Source: an uncultured Gemmatimonadaceae bacterium (GTDB taxonomy: Bacteria; Gemmatimonadota; Gemmatimonadetes; Gemmatimonadales; Gemmatimonadaceae). Taken from it: DNA of 64,000 bases. The notes under the pieces were generated by a model. It did no database searches and was not told the DNA's origin. It worked only from the letters and a program-made list of their open reading frames with translations. The translations under genes and the position numbers were made by a program. This document shows, one piece after another, positions 28,911 through 39,320 of this stretch (positions are counted from its first letter, which is position 1; each line of letters begins with the position of its first letter). The stretch covers positions 512,001 through 576,000 of the forward strand of contig CAWBOC010000009.1 in NCBI GenBank assembly GCA_963790305.1, read 5' to 3'.

Positions 28911-31900
28911 ATGTCCTTCGTTCACCTGCATTGTCACTCCGAGTACTCCCTCCTCGATGGCGCCAACCGCATCAATGACCTGATCGCGCGCGCCAAGGAG
29001 CTCGAGCAGCCTGCCGTCGCCATTACCGACCATGGTAATCTGCACGCGGCGTGGGAGTTCCAGGAGAAGGCGAAGAAAGCCGGCCTCAAGCCGATCATCG
29101 GCATGGAGGCATATGTCGCGCCCGGGGACCGCCGGGAGAGGGGCCGAAACCGCATCGCCGGCGACCCGAATCGATCGTTCGCCAAGCCCTACTACCACCT
29201 CGTGATCCTCGCGCGTGACGCCGTCGGGTACCGAAACCTGGTCAAGCTGTCGTCGCTCGCGTACACCGAGGGGTTTTATGCCAAGCCGCGGGTAGATCGC
29301 GAGCTCCTGGCCCTGCACAACGAGGGACTGGTGGTCACCTCTGCCTGCATGGCGGGGGAGGTGGCGACCCATCTTCTGAACGACGACTACCAGCGGGCCG
29401 CGAGCGCTGCCAGCTGGTACGCCGAGGTGTTCAAGGACCGGTACTTCCTCGAGGTGCAGGGGCACGACTCCGAGGGACAGGCTCGGCTCAACAAGCTCGT
29501 GCTCGGCCTCGCCAGCGACCTCGGCTTGCCGGTAGTCGCGACGAACGACGCCCACTTTCTGCGGGCGACCGACCACGACGCGCACGACGTGCTCCTTTGC
29601 ATCGGCCTTGGGAAGGATCGCGGGGATGCGGACCGGTTGCGTTATGACCGCGGCCTGTACTTCAAGAGCGCCCCCGAGAATGGCGCAGCGCTTTCCAGAT
29701 CGAGGCGACCTGCTCGAGAACACGCTGCGGATTGCCGACGAGGTCGACGTTCCGTTCCAGAAGAAGTACTTCCTGCCGTCGTTTCCGCTCCCGGCTGGAA
29801 CGGCGACGGAAAACGAGCTGCTCGTTCGTCTGGCCACCTCGGGCGCTGTGGCGCGGTACGGCGATCCACTGCCGGACAATGTGCGCGAGCGGCTGGAGTA
29901 CGAGCTCGGCGTCATCACGACGACGGGGTACGCCGGCTACTTCCTCATCGTCTCGGACTTCATCGCCGCCGCGCGCGAGCGAGGCATCCCGGTCGGACCT
30001 GGGCGTGGGTCGGCGGCTGGATCGCTCGTCGCGTATTCGTTGCGCATCACCGACGTCTGCCCGCTTCGATTCGATCTGCTCTTCGAGCGCTTCCTCAATC
30101 CCGAGCGCGTCTCGATGCCCGACGTCGACGTCGACTTCTGTTTCGAGCGGCGAGGCGAGGTGATCGACTACGTTCGCCAGAAGTACGGACGCGAGTCGGT
30201 GTGCCAGATCGTGACGTTCGGGACGATGAAGTCTCGCGCCGCCATCAAGGATGTGGGACGCACGCTTGGCTTCACGCCGGCGGAGACGGACGCGTTGGCC
30301 AAGCTCATCCCGAACCAGCCGAACTTCTCGCTGACGGTGAAGCAGGCCGTCGAAGAGATCTCCGAGATCGCCAAGCTCTACCGGACGGACGAGCGCTACA
30401 AGCAGCTCCTCGACTACGCCATGGCGCTGGAGGGACTATCGCGCCATACAGGCGTACATGCCGCTGGCGTAGTGATCGCACCGGGACCGGTCGACGACTA
30501 CGTGCCGGTGTGCACGCAGGCGACGAAGGGCTCGGGATCGAGCACCGAGGACGAAACGGTCGTCGTGAGCCAGTACGACATGAACTGCCTGGAGAAGGCA
30601 GGCATGTTGAAGATGGATTTCCTGGGCCTTACGACGCTCACGGTCATCCACGATACCGTTGCGTCGGTGCAGGCGCGCACCGGATCCAGCCTCGACCTCA
30701 TGGCCCTTCCGCTCGACGATCCCGACACGTACCGCATGCTGCGGTCGGGACGAACGGCGGGGGTGTTCCAGTTCGAGTCCAATCTCGCTACGGACGTATT
30801 GCGACAAATGCGCTGCGACCGCTTCGATGACCTGGTCGCGTCGAACGCGCTCCTGCGTCCGGGCCCGCTCGATAGCGGGATGCATCTCGTGTACATCCGC
30901 CGCAAGCGGGGGGACGAGCCGGTGAGCTACGCGCTTCCCGAGCTCGAGCCGATTCTCAGCCCCACCTACGGTGTCATCACCTATCAAGAGCAGGTGATGC
31001 GCGTGGCGCAGAGCATCGCGGGCATCTCCCTCGCTGAAGCGGACGTCCTCCGCAAGGCGGTCGGCAAGAAGGACGCGGAGCTCATCAAGCTCGAGCTCGG
31101 CAAGTTCGTTCAGAAGTCGGTGGCGCGCGGGTACGACCGCCGGATCATCGATGACCTCGCGGCGCAGATCGAGACGTTCGGCCGCTATGGCTTTCCCAAG
31201 GCCCACTCGGTCGCGTACTCGATCATCTCGTATCAGACCGCGTGGCTCAAGACGCACTACCCCGCCGACTACATGGCGGCGCTGCTTTCCAGCTGCATCG
31301 GCGACACCGACAGCGTGGTGAAGTACATCGCCGAGGCGCGCGAGCTTGGCCTCGAGGTGCTGCCGCCCGATGTGAACGAGTCGGGCTACAAGTTCACCGT
31401 CGTCGGCGATCGCCGGATTCGCTTTGGCCTGGGCGCCATCCGAAACGTCGGTCGCACCGCGATCGATTCGATGCTCCAGGCGCGCGCCGAAAAGGCATTC
31501 ACGGACATCTTCGATGTCTGTGAACGCGTCGATTTGAGAATCTGCAACAAGCGCGTGTTCGAAGCGCTCATTCATTCGGGCGCACTCAATGGGTTGGGCG
31601 GACATCGCGCCCAGTTCGCCGCAATCCTCGATTCCGCCATGCAGGAAGCGTCGCTCAAGCAGGACGAGCGGATCAGCGGACAGGTGTCGTTGTTCGGCGA
31701 CGCATCGCAGGACGACTCCGGTCGGCATCACCTGCCGATGACGCTGCCGAACCTCTCCGCGATGACGGACGTCGAGCGGCTCGCCAAGGAGAAGGAGATT
31801 CTCGGGTTCTACATCTCGGGACACCCACTCGAACCGTTCCGCACCGAGTGCGAGCTCTTCGCGACGCACACCGTGGCGCAGCTCGGTGCCTGGTCCGACC

Positions 31901-32421
31901 AGCCGGTCGCGCTTGGCGTCGTGGTGACGGCGGTACGACGGCAGATCTCGAAGCGGTCGGGGGCCGAATTTGCCCGCTTGACGATCGAGGATTTTTCGGG
32001 ATCTTCGGAAGTGCTCGTGTTCCCCGAGGCCTGGACGCTGCTCGCCGACCGGATCCGGACCGACGTGCCAGTCCTCATGCGCGGCGGATACTCGCGTCGT
32101 GATCAGGGTGCCGACACGCCGGCGTTCATCGTGGAGTCGGTGACGCCGTTCTCGGAGCTGCGGGCCACGGGCAACGTCGCGATCGCCCTCGAGCTGGGCG
32201 GCAACGGATCGGCGGTGCCGGCCGATGTGCTGCGCGATGTCCGGGCGATCGTCGAGTCACATGCAGGGTCTGCACCGGTCGAGGTCCGGTGGCGCGACCA
32301 CAACGGCGCGAACGCCCGATTCCGGTCGCGCTCGCTCAGGATCGCCGTGACGAACGCCGCATTGAACGAACTACGCGCGTTGCTCGGCGATGAGCGCGTG
32401 AGACTCGTACGCGGGAGCTGA
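28911..32421 (+). CDS. dnaE: DNA polymerase III alpha subunit (apparent +1 frameshift at ~29679)
   Basis: PHP domain FVHLHCHSEYSLLDG; GRGSAAGS, PDVDVD, KMDFLGL. Frames join as APEMAQRFP when one A is removed from GAGAATGGCG. Confidence 0.96.
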
Positions 32422-32422
32422 G

Positions 32423-33391
32423 GTGGCCACTGCGACCACGCTCGAGTTCGAGAAGCCGATCGTCGAATTGCAGAATCAGATCGACGAGCTGAAAAAGATG
32501 GCGGAGAAGCAGCAGCTGACGGTGGGCGACGAGATCGCGCCGTTGGAGAAGCGGCTCGCCGATTTACGCGTCGAGATCTATCGGAACCTGTCCCCGCTCC
32601 AGCGGGTGCTGGTCGCGCGGCACAAGGATCGACCCTTCACGCTCGACTACGTGCGGCTCGTGTTGACGGACTTCATCGAGCTCCACGGCGACCGCGCCTT
32701 TCGTGACGATGCGGCCATTGTCGGCGGGTGGGCGCGCCTGGACGGCGAGACGGTGATGATCATTGGGCAGCAGCGCGGCCGGGATACCAAGGAAAACCTC
32801 CGCCGGAACTTCGGCATGCCGCACCCCGAGGGTTACCGGAAAGCGCTGCGGCTCATGAAGCTCGCGGAGAAGTTCCAGGTCCCCGTGCTCACCTTCATCG
32901 ACACTCCCGGCGCGTGGGCCGGACTCGGCGCCGAAGAGCGCGGCCAGTCGGAAGCGATCGCGCGCAATCTCCTCGAAATGAGCCAGCTCCAGGTGCCGAT
33001 CATCGCGACCGTCATCGGCGAAGGAGGCTCGGGCGGCGCGCTGGCGTTGGGCGTCGCCGACCGCGTGCTCATGCTCGAGAACGCCGTGTATTCGGTGATC
33101 ACGATCGAAGGGTGCGCCGCGATTCTGTGGAAGGATGGCAAGTCGCCCGCCATGAAGGAACGCGCGGCGAGCGCACTGCGCATCACGGCGCAGGATCTCT
33201 ACGAGCTACGCGTCATCGATGAGATCGTCCCCGAACCGCCCGGAGGCGCGCACGCCAATCACGACGAGACCGCGCACGCGCTGCAGCAGACGCTGATGCG
33301 CAATCTCGAAGAGCTGCGGAAGTACAAACCCGACAAGCTCGTGCGCCGGCGGCGGGAAAAATACTTGCGCATGGGACAGTATGCTGAGTAG
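32423..33391 (+). CDS. accA: Acetyl-CoA carboxylase carboxyltransferase alpha subunit
   Basis: LEFEKP, RNFGMPHPEGYRKA, IDTPGA and GEGGSGGAL motifs. Confidence 0.96.
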   Translation: MATATTLEFEKPIVELQNQIDELKKMAEKQQLTVGDEIAPLEKRLADLRVEIYRNLSPLQRVLVARHKDRPFTLDYVRLVLTDFIELHGDRAFRDDAAIVGGWARLDGETVMIIGQQRGRDTKENLRRNFGMPHPEGYRKALRLMKLAEKFQVPVLTFIDTPGAWAGLGAEERGQSEAIARNLLEMSQLQVPIIATVIGEGGSGGALALGVADRVLMLENAVYSVITIEGCAAILWKDGKSPAMKERAASALRITAQDLYELRVIDEIVPEPPGGAHANHDETAHALQQTLMRNLEELRKYKPDKLVRRRREKYLRMGQYAE

Positions 33392-33392
33392 G

Positions 33393-33489
33393 GCGAATGC
33401 GGAATGCGGGATGCGGATTCCTGATTCGGCCATTGGCGCCTTGGTGGTAGGGTTCATCATCGACTTCCGCATTCCGCCTTCCGCTTTCC
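33393..33489. repeat. Inverted heptamer tandem-repeat element
   Basis: GCGAAT GCGGAAT GCGGGAT GCGGA ... TTCCGCA TTCCGCC TTCCGCT between accA and ricT. Confidence 0.85.
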
Positions 33490-33493
33490 AATC

Positions 33494-34558
33494 ATGCCCC
33501 ACCTCATAGAAGTCTCGTTCAAAGGGAATCGCCGCGAGTTTTTCGTCTGGGACGGCGAGGAGCCGCCTCGGATGCACGCGCCGGTCATCGTCGAGGCGGA
33601 CCGTGGCGAGGACCTGGGCCGTGTCAACGCCATCGGCGAGCTCGCCGAGCGTCGCTGCGGCGGGTGCGCGCATGGGTGTGGAACCGAGCAGCCGACGCGC
33701 AAGGCAATCCGCGCCGCGACCGCCGACGACGAGCGCCGTGCCGCCGAGCTTCGAGTCCAGGACGAGGAAGCGCGCCGCAAGGCGATGGAGAAGGTTCGCG
33801 CGCACGCGCTCGTCATGAAGGTCTCGGACGCGGAATGGCAGTGGGACCGGCGCAAGCTCACGTTCTATTTCACTGCCGAGAAGCGGGTGGATTTCCGCTC
33901 GCTCGTTCGGGATCTCGCGGCCGTGTTCCGCACCCGCATCGAGCTCAAGCAGATCGGGGTGCGCGATGAAGCCAAGCGATTGAGCGGCATTGGACGGTGC
34001 GGTCGAGAGTACTGCTCTGCCTCGTGGCTCCCCGATCTGCGTCCGGTGAACCTTCAGATCGCGAAGGATCAGCGGCTGTCACTCAACCCGTCGCAGATCT
34101 CGGGCGCCTGCGGTCGCCTGATGTGCTGCCTCCGGTACGAGCACGACTTCTACATCCAGGCCCGGAAGCGTTTTCCCAAGGAGGGCCGGATCCTCGTGAC
34201 CGTTCACGGCGAGGAGAAGGTCATCGCCAACGACATCTTCCGCGAGCGAGTCACGCTGCGCTCGAGCGAAGGCGACATTCGCGTTGTCGCGGTCGCTGAC
34301 CTCGGCCGCGAGCTGCGCCAGCCTGCACCTTTCGCCGTCGAAGCGGAAGAGGAATCCACCGTCGCGACCGCCCTCGACGTTCACGACGACGAGGTGCCTG
34401 ACGAGACCGACGTCATCTCGCCGGTGCGGGCCCCAATCGCCGACGGGGCAGCAACGCGCGAGGGGGCGGCACGACCGAGCGCGCGCCGGCGGGGCCGTCG
34501 GGGCGGCCGGCGCGGCCGGCCGGGAGGCGACGCGCCCGGCTCTCCGCCCAAGGAATAG
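33494..34558 (+). CDS. ricT: RicT/YaaT (PSP1 C-terminal domain) Fe-S protein
   Basis: FYFTAEKRVDFRSLV, QIGVRDEA, CGREYCS and SGACGRLMCCLRYE motifs. Confidence 0.9.
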   Translation: MPHLIEVSFKGNRREFFVWDGEEPPRMHAPVIVEADRGEDLGRVNAIGELAERRCGGCAHGCGTEQPTRKAIRAATADDERRAAELRVQDEEARRKAMEKVRAHALVMKVSDAEWQWDRRKLTFYFTAEKRVDFRSLVRDLAAVFRTRIELKQIGVRDEAKRLSGIGRCGREYCSASWLPDLRPVNLQIAKDQRLSLNPSQISGACGRLMCCLRYEHDFYIQARKRFPKEGRILVTVHGEEKVIANDIFRERVTLRSSEGDIRVVAVADLGRELRQPAPFAVEAEEESTVATALDVHDDEVPDETDVISPVRAPIADGAATREGAARPSARRRGRRGGRRGRPGGDAPGSPPKE

Positions 34559-34559
34559 A

Positions 34560-36117
34560 GTGGGAAAGTTCTACATCACGACGGCGATCGACTACGCGAA
34601 CGGCGATCCGCACATCGGGCACGCGTACGAGAAGATCGGCGCCGACGCCATCGCGCGATTCCACCGGTTGCGCGGCGACGAGGTCCACTTTCTCATCGGC
34701 ATGGACGAGCACGGCCAGACCGTCGCTCAGAAAGCCGCCGAGCGCGGTCTCACGCCGCAGCAGCAGGTCGATGAGATCTCGCCGCGGTTTCGCGCGATGT
34801 GGACCAGGCTGGAGATCTCCGACGACCAATTCATCCGGACGACCGAGGACGCGCACAAGGCAGGTGTGCGCGCCCTCATCAAGCGCATCTTCGACAACAA
34901 TCCCGACGACTTCTACGAGAGGTCGTATCGTGGGCTGTACTGCATCGGATGCGAGTCGTTCAAGCAGGCGTCGGAGGTCGTCGATGGGCGCTGTGTGCTG
35001 CACCCCACACGCGTGCTGGAGCAGGTCGAGGAACGGAACTGGTTCTTTCGGCTGAGCAAGTACGAGGGGTTTCTGCGACGGCTTTTTACCGAGCGACCGG
35101 AATTCCTGCAGCCGGATTCACGCCGCAACGAGATGCTCTCGCTGCTCGACCAGGGCCTCGAGGACATTAGCGCCAGTCGTGCGCGCTTCACATGGGGAGT
35201 GCCCTTCCCGGCCCCGCTCAGCGATGGGGAGCACCAAACCACGTACGTGTGGTTCGACGCGCTCCCCAACTATCTGACCGCGACCGGCTTTCCCGCGAAG
35301 GGTTACCGCGACCGCTGGCCCGCCGACGTGCACATCATCGGCAAGGACATCACGCGGTTTCACAGCATCATCTGGCCCGCGATGCTGCAAGCCGCCGAGC
35401 TCCCACTTCCTCGCCGCGTGTGGGTGCACGGCTTCGTTCTGTTCGGCGGTGAAAAATTCAGCAAGACGGCGGGCGTCCGGCTCGATCTCGAGGAAGCCAT
35501 CGCGCGATTCGGTGTTGACCCGTTCCGGTATTTCTTGCTGCGTGAGGTGCCGTTCGATGGGGATGGCAGCTTCACGTGGGAGCGGTTCGAGGACCGCTAC
35601 AACGCCGATCTGGCAAACGCGTTCGGCAATCTCGCGAGCCGCGTCGTGACAATGATCGAGAAGTACACCGGTGGGACGGTCCCTCCCGGCCAGTCGAACG
35701 AGATCGATCGGGCCGACGCATCCGATCTCGCCGAATACATCTCGGCCATGGATGGGAGTCGCGGCTATCTGCTGCACGAGGCGCTGCGCGTCGTGTGGAA
35801 GAGCGTTACGCGTGCGAACGAGTACGCCCAGCAGAAGCAGCCGTGGGCACTCTCCAAACAGCCTGACTGCCGCGCCGAGCTCGAGCAGGTGCTGGCTTCA
35901 CTCGTGCGCCAGTTGGCGCGCCTCGCGGTGTTGGTGTCCCCGTTCATGCCGCTCAAGGCGCAGGAGCTCTGGGAGTCGCTGGGGGGCCCCGCACACCGTG
36001 TCCGAGCAGCGTCTGGATGCCCTCCAGCGGCTCGATCCTGCGGGGTGGCGAGTGACCAAGGGGCCGGCCCTGTTCCCTCGCGACCAGCACGCGACGCAGG
36101 CTTCCAGCCCGGTCTGA
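34560..36117 (+). CDS. metG: Methionyl-tRNA synthetase, short form (apparent +1 frameshift in G-run ~35981-35986)
   Basis: FYITTAIDYANGDPHIGH, DEHG, YVWFDAL, GKDI, KFSKT; the alternative frame supplies the typical ...KGPALFPR C-terminus. Confidence 0.94.
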
Positions 36118-36358
36118 CGCCGCCCTCGCGGCGCTTTGGGATGTGCTCGGGAATTCGCGCGGATTGGTGACGTGGCGCACGCGCGCAATGTGTCGGCAAA
36201 CATTTGCCGCATAACAACTTAGCGACATCGTACAGTGCGCTCCGGCCCGTTTTTTGACTTAGGGTCGGACGCAGGGATTCGACGGATGATTCAACGTGAC
36301 GGGCGCCTCTGGCAGACCGTCCTTGAAGTGTATCCCGCATGCTGTCACGAGGAGCCGC

Positions 36359-37288
36359 ATGACCCAGCGAAGCTGGACGCTATTGGTCGTTCCCCATGGG
36401 AGCGACTCGCCCCGCACGTTCACGCTCACCGAGCGTGTGCTGCGCCTTGCCTCGGGCTTCGCCGCCCTGGTCGGTATCGTGGCGGCGATTGGTATCGGCG
36501 TCCTCGTCAGCACCGTCGGGATGCCCACGTCCCGCATTGCACAGCGCGAGAACCGCCTGCTGTCGCAAGAGCTGATCGATCTCAAGCTCCGGCTTCGCCA
36601 CCTCGAGGATACCCTCGACGTGATCGGAAAGCACGACGAGCGCGTGCGACTCCTCGCGGGTCTGGCGCCGGTCGATTCGCAGGTGGCGCAGGTCGGCATC
36701 GGGGGTCCTGGCATGCCGCAGGTCACGGATGATCCACTCTTCCGGACCAACCCGACGCTCGGGCGAATGGCATTCGATACGCGCATCGATCTCGACAAGC
36801 TGTTGCGGCGCGCGAACCTGCTCGCGCAGAGCTTCGCCGACGTGTCCGACTCGCTCACCAAGCATCACGAGCGCTATCAGCGTATTCCCTCGATCATGCC
36901 GACGGCCGGATGGCTCTCGAGCACGTTCAAGCGAAGCCGATTCCATCCGATCCTGCACATCAGCCGCCCGCATGAAGGGATCGACGTCAGTGCGCCAATG
37001 GGCGCCCCGATCGTCGCGCCCGCTGCGGGTATCATCGTGCGCGTTGCTCGCGAAGCGGGGTACGGACTTGTCCTCGAGATCGACCACGGCAACGGCATCG
37101 AGACGAAGTTCGCCCACATGTCGCGGGTGATGGTGCGCAAGGGTCAACGGGTGAAGCGCGGTCAGGAGATCGCCGCCGTCGGCAATAGCGGACTCTCGAC
37201 CGGCCCGCATCTGCACTACGAGATTCACATCAATGGGAAGGTCGTGGATCCGCTCACGTACGTGATGCCGGACGCGATTCCGGACTAA
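36359..37288 (+). CDS. M23 family metallopeptidase
   Basis: N-terminal TM and coiled coil; HEGID, FAHMS and STGPHLHYE motifs; GAGGAG RBS. Confidence 0.93.
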   Translation: MTQRSWTLLVVPHGSDSPRTFTLTERVLRLASGFAALVGIVAAIGIGVLVSTVGMPTSRIAQRENRLLSQELIDLKLRLRHLEDTLDVIGKHDERVRLLAGLAPVDSQVAQVGIGGPGMPQVTDDPLFRTNPTLGRMAFDTRIDLDKLLRRANLLAQSFADVSDSLTKHHERYQRIPSIMPTAGWLSSTFKRSRFHPILHISRPHEGIDVSAPMGAPIVAPAAGIIVRVAREAGYGLVLEIDHGNGIETKFAHMSRVMVRKGQRVKRGQEIAAVGNSGLSTGPHLHYEIHINGKVVDPLTYVMPDAIPD

Positions 37289-37294
37289 GGAAAA

Positions 37295-37408
37295 TCCGGA
37301 GACGTCAGGGATCAGATCTCAGAAAACCTAACGGGGAGCCGATACTGTGGCTCCCCGTTGGTGTTTCTGACCATTGATCCCTGACGTCTGATCCCTGACG
37401 TCTCCGGA
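37295..37408. repeat. Long inverted repeat of 7/14-mer units enclosing a terminator-like hairpin between convergent genes
   Basis: TCCGGAGACGTCAGGGATCAGA...AACGGGGAGCC-8nt-GGCTCCCCGTT...TGATCCCTGACGTC TGATCCCTGACGTC TCCGGA. Confidence 0.85.
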
Positions 37409-37429
37409 AGTTGCCCCTGCTGTTGCCTG

Positions 37430-38050
37430 CTACCTCGGCGGCCCCGAGCCGCTCGCGCCACCACCACTGGGATTACTCCCCGACGTCCCCGTCGGCGATC
37501 CGAAATCCACCCGCGGCGCTTGCCCCGCTTCTGCTGATGCCTCGAAATACTGCCGAGGCTTGGCGCCCGTCACCTTGGCGGTGAGGTTCTGCGGGAACTG
37601 GCGGATGTAGCTGTTGTAGTCGCGTGCCGCTTCGTTGTAGTCCTGTCGAGCGACGGCAATCCGGTTCTCCGTCCCCGCCAACTCGTCCTGCAAGCGAAGG
37701 AAAAGCTGATCGGCCTTCAGCTGGGGATAGTTCTCCGCCACCGCGATCAGCCTGCCTAACGCCCCGGTGAGCTGCGTGTTCGCCGCCTCCATCTGCGCCG
37801 GGTCGCCGGACCGCACGGCCTCGCCCACACGGGAGCGAGCCTCCGCTACCCCGGTGAACACCGCCTGCTCGTGCTCCGCATACCGCTTGACCGTGTTGAC
37901 GAGATTCCCGATCAGGTCGGAGCGGCGCTGCAGCTGCACCTCGATCTGCTGCTTGGCCCCCGCGGCACGCTCGTCCATGCTCTGGATCGTGTTGTAACCG
38001 CAGCCGACCATCAGTGCGCCAGCGAGTGGCGCCAGCCAGCGAAGTCGCAT
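37430..38050 (-). CDS. lemA: LemA family protein
   Basis: GCGYN, QRRSDLIGNLV, ENYPQLKA and LAGTENRIAVARQDYN motifs; GGAGGAG RBS. Confidence 0.93.
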   Translation of the reverse strand: MRLRWLAPLAGALMVGCGYNTIQSMDERAAGAKQQIEVQLQRRSDLIGNLVNTVKRYAEHEQAVFTGVAEARSRVGEAVRSGDPAQMEAANTQLTGALGRLIAVAENYPQLKADQLFLRLQDELAGTENRIAVARQDYNEAARDYNSYIRQFPQNLTAKVTGAKPRQYFEASAEAGQAPRVDFGSPTGTSGSNPSGGGASGSGPPR

Positions 38051-38073
38051 GTCTCTCCTCCCAATGTGCGATA

Positions 38074-38592
38074 TCATCCCGTGCCACCACCGGTAAACCG
38101 AAGATCGACCTGATAGGTACCCGCGGGCACCTCGCCCGGGGAAACCTTCCAGGCATTCGCCGCGCGCTCGTTCAGGCATTCGTTCACGGCCTTCCCCGAG
38201 CTCGACGACCATGAATCGGCGCCGACGCGGGCCGCGGAGACGCCGTTGCGACCCACCGTCACGATCATCGCGACGCCGCCTCGCAGCCGCGGATCGCTCT
38301 TCAGTCCGAATTCGCGGTAGCAGAAATTCGAGAACGCCTGCTCCCGCTCAACGGCATCCATCAAGGCTGCCGGCGCGACTGCATAACGCGTCGTCACCGT
38401 CCTCGGCGTCTCGAGCTTCGGTGGCGTGAACGTATCGGGTGCAGCTGGGGGCAGCGACGTCGTCACCGAATCGAGGTTCAACGGCGTCGTGTCTCGCGGA
38501 ATCGTGTCCACGGGCACCTGCGCGGTATCGTCGTCCTTTGGACAGGCGAGCAGCGCGAGAACGAGTGGCGTGGCAAGCAGTAATCTCTTCAT
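38074..38592 (-). CDS. Lipoprotein with AgmX/PglI-type (TonB-C-like) C-terminal domain
   Basis: Lipobox LLAC, Pro/Thr linker, FCYREFGLKSDPRLRGGV...SW...C...W matching the C-terminus of 40954-41985. Confidence 0.7.
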   Translation of the reverse strand: MKRLLLATPLVLALLACPKDDDTAQVPVDTIPRDTTPLNLDSVTTSLPPAAPDTFTPPKLETPRTVTTRYAVAPAALMDAVEREQAFSNFCYREFGLKSDPRLRGGVAMIVTVGRNGVSAARVGADSWSSSSGKAVNECLNERAANAWKVSPGEVPAGTYQVDLRFTGGGTG

Positions 38593-39320
38593 GCGTGTCC
38601 CATTCGGTCGATGTGTTCGACGAGCCGGTGCACGGTCTCGAGGTATCCCGAGAGAACGGCGGTCGTCTCCTGCTCGGTCAGCACTTGTGCTCCTCGCACG
38701 TGCCGGACCACTCGGGCGAACGGGGCCGCATCAAACGCGGCCAGCCGCCCGACCTTCGTGCTCAGCTCCTCGTAATCGCGAGGCGGCGTTTCGCCGTGCA
38801 GGCGCACCACTGCCCGAAAGATCACCATGAAGGTACTGAGCGAATCCCGCAACAGCTCCACGATGCGACGATGGTCGCCTCCCGTCCGCAGAATTCCCTG
38901 GCGGAACTGGATCAGCTTCCCCATGGCCTCGTGCTCGGTCTGAAGTCTGAGGTGCTCGCGGCTCGGCTTCACGCCATCGAACGGCGGCGTGCCATGCAGC
39001 ACCCGATGCCCCTCGAGAATGTCGGCGTACTCCATGGGGAAGATGTCGGCCGAGGCGCGCCATTCGGCGTCGGTCATGGTGAGCGGCGGCGGGTTGCCCG
39101 CCTCCCCCCACGCTCGCGCGATCGCCGCCTCGCGGCGCAGACGGTCGACGTCGATGCGCTGCACGATCACCAGCACGTTGAGGTCGGATCGCTTCGCGAA
39201 GTGCTCCCCGGCCGCCGCCGATCCGTAGAGTACGACGCAGCGCAGCTCGTCGCCGTAGGCCGTGCGCAGTTGTGAAACGAGGTCGTCGAGTGTCATCGAA
39301 GCCATGGACTCACTCCTCAC
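38589..39320 (-). CDS. Pol-beta-superfamily nucleotidyltransferase-domain protein
   Basis: LYGSAAAGE...SDLNVLVIV and DIFPMEY; start uncertain (39320, 39305 or 39296). Confidence 0.8.
   Translation of the reverse strand: MRSESMASMTLDDLVSQLRTAYGDELRCVVLYGSAAAGEHFAKRSDLNVLVIVQRIDVDRLRREAAIARAWGEAGNPPPLTMTDAEWRASADIFPMEYADILEGHRVLHGTPPFDGVKPSREHLRLQTEHEAMGKLIQFRQGILRTGGDHRRIVELLRDSLSTFMVIFRAVVRLHGETPPRDYEELSTKVGRLAAFDAAPFARVVRHVRGAQVLTEQETTAVLSGYLETVHRLVEHIDRMGHA

Noticed and set aside
28911..32421. Split dnaE, intein or programmed frameshift
   Set aside because: Joined length (~1170 aa) is normal, no intein motifs or slippery heptamer at the junction, and the indel matches the recurring GATG->GAATG error
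34540..34560. T-box or SAM riboswitch before metG (and TPP riboswitch before the thiO-like gene)
   Set aside because: metG starts 1 nt after the ricT stop and the thiO-like gene about 24 nt from a divergent start, leaving no room; no consensus motifs seen
38589..39320. MNT-HEPN toxin-antitoxin or CBASS-type defence gene
   Set aside because: No separate toxin or effector gene; only a weak R-x5-H match; context is LemA/TPM
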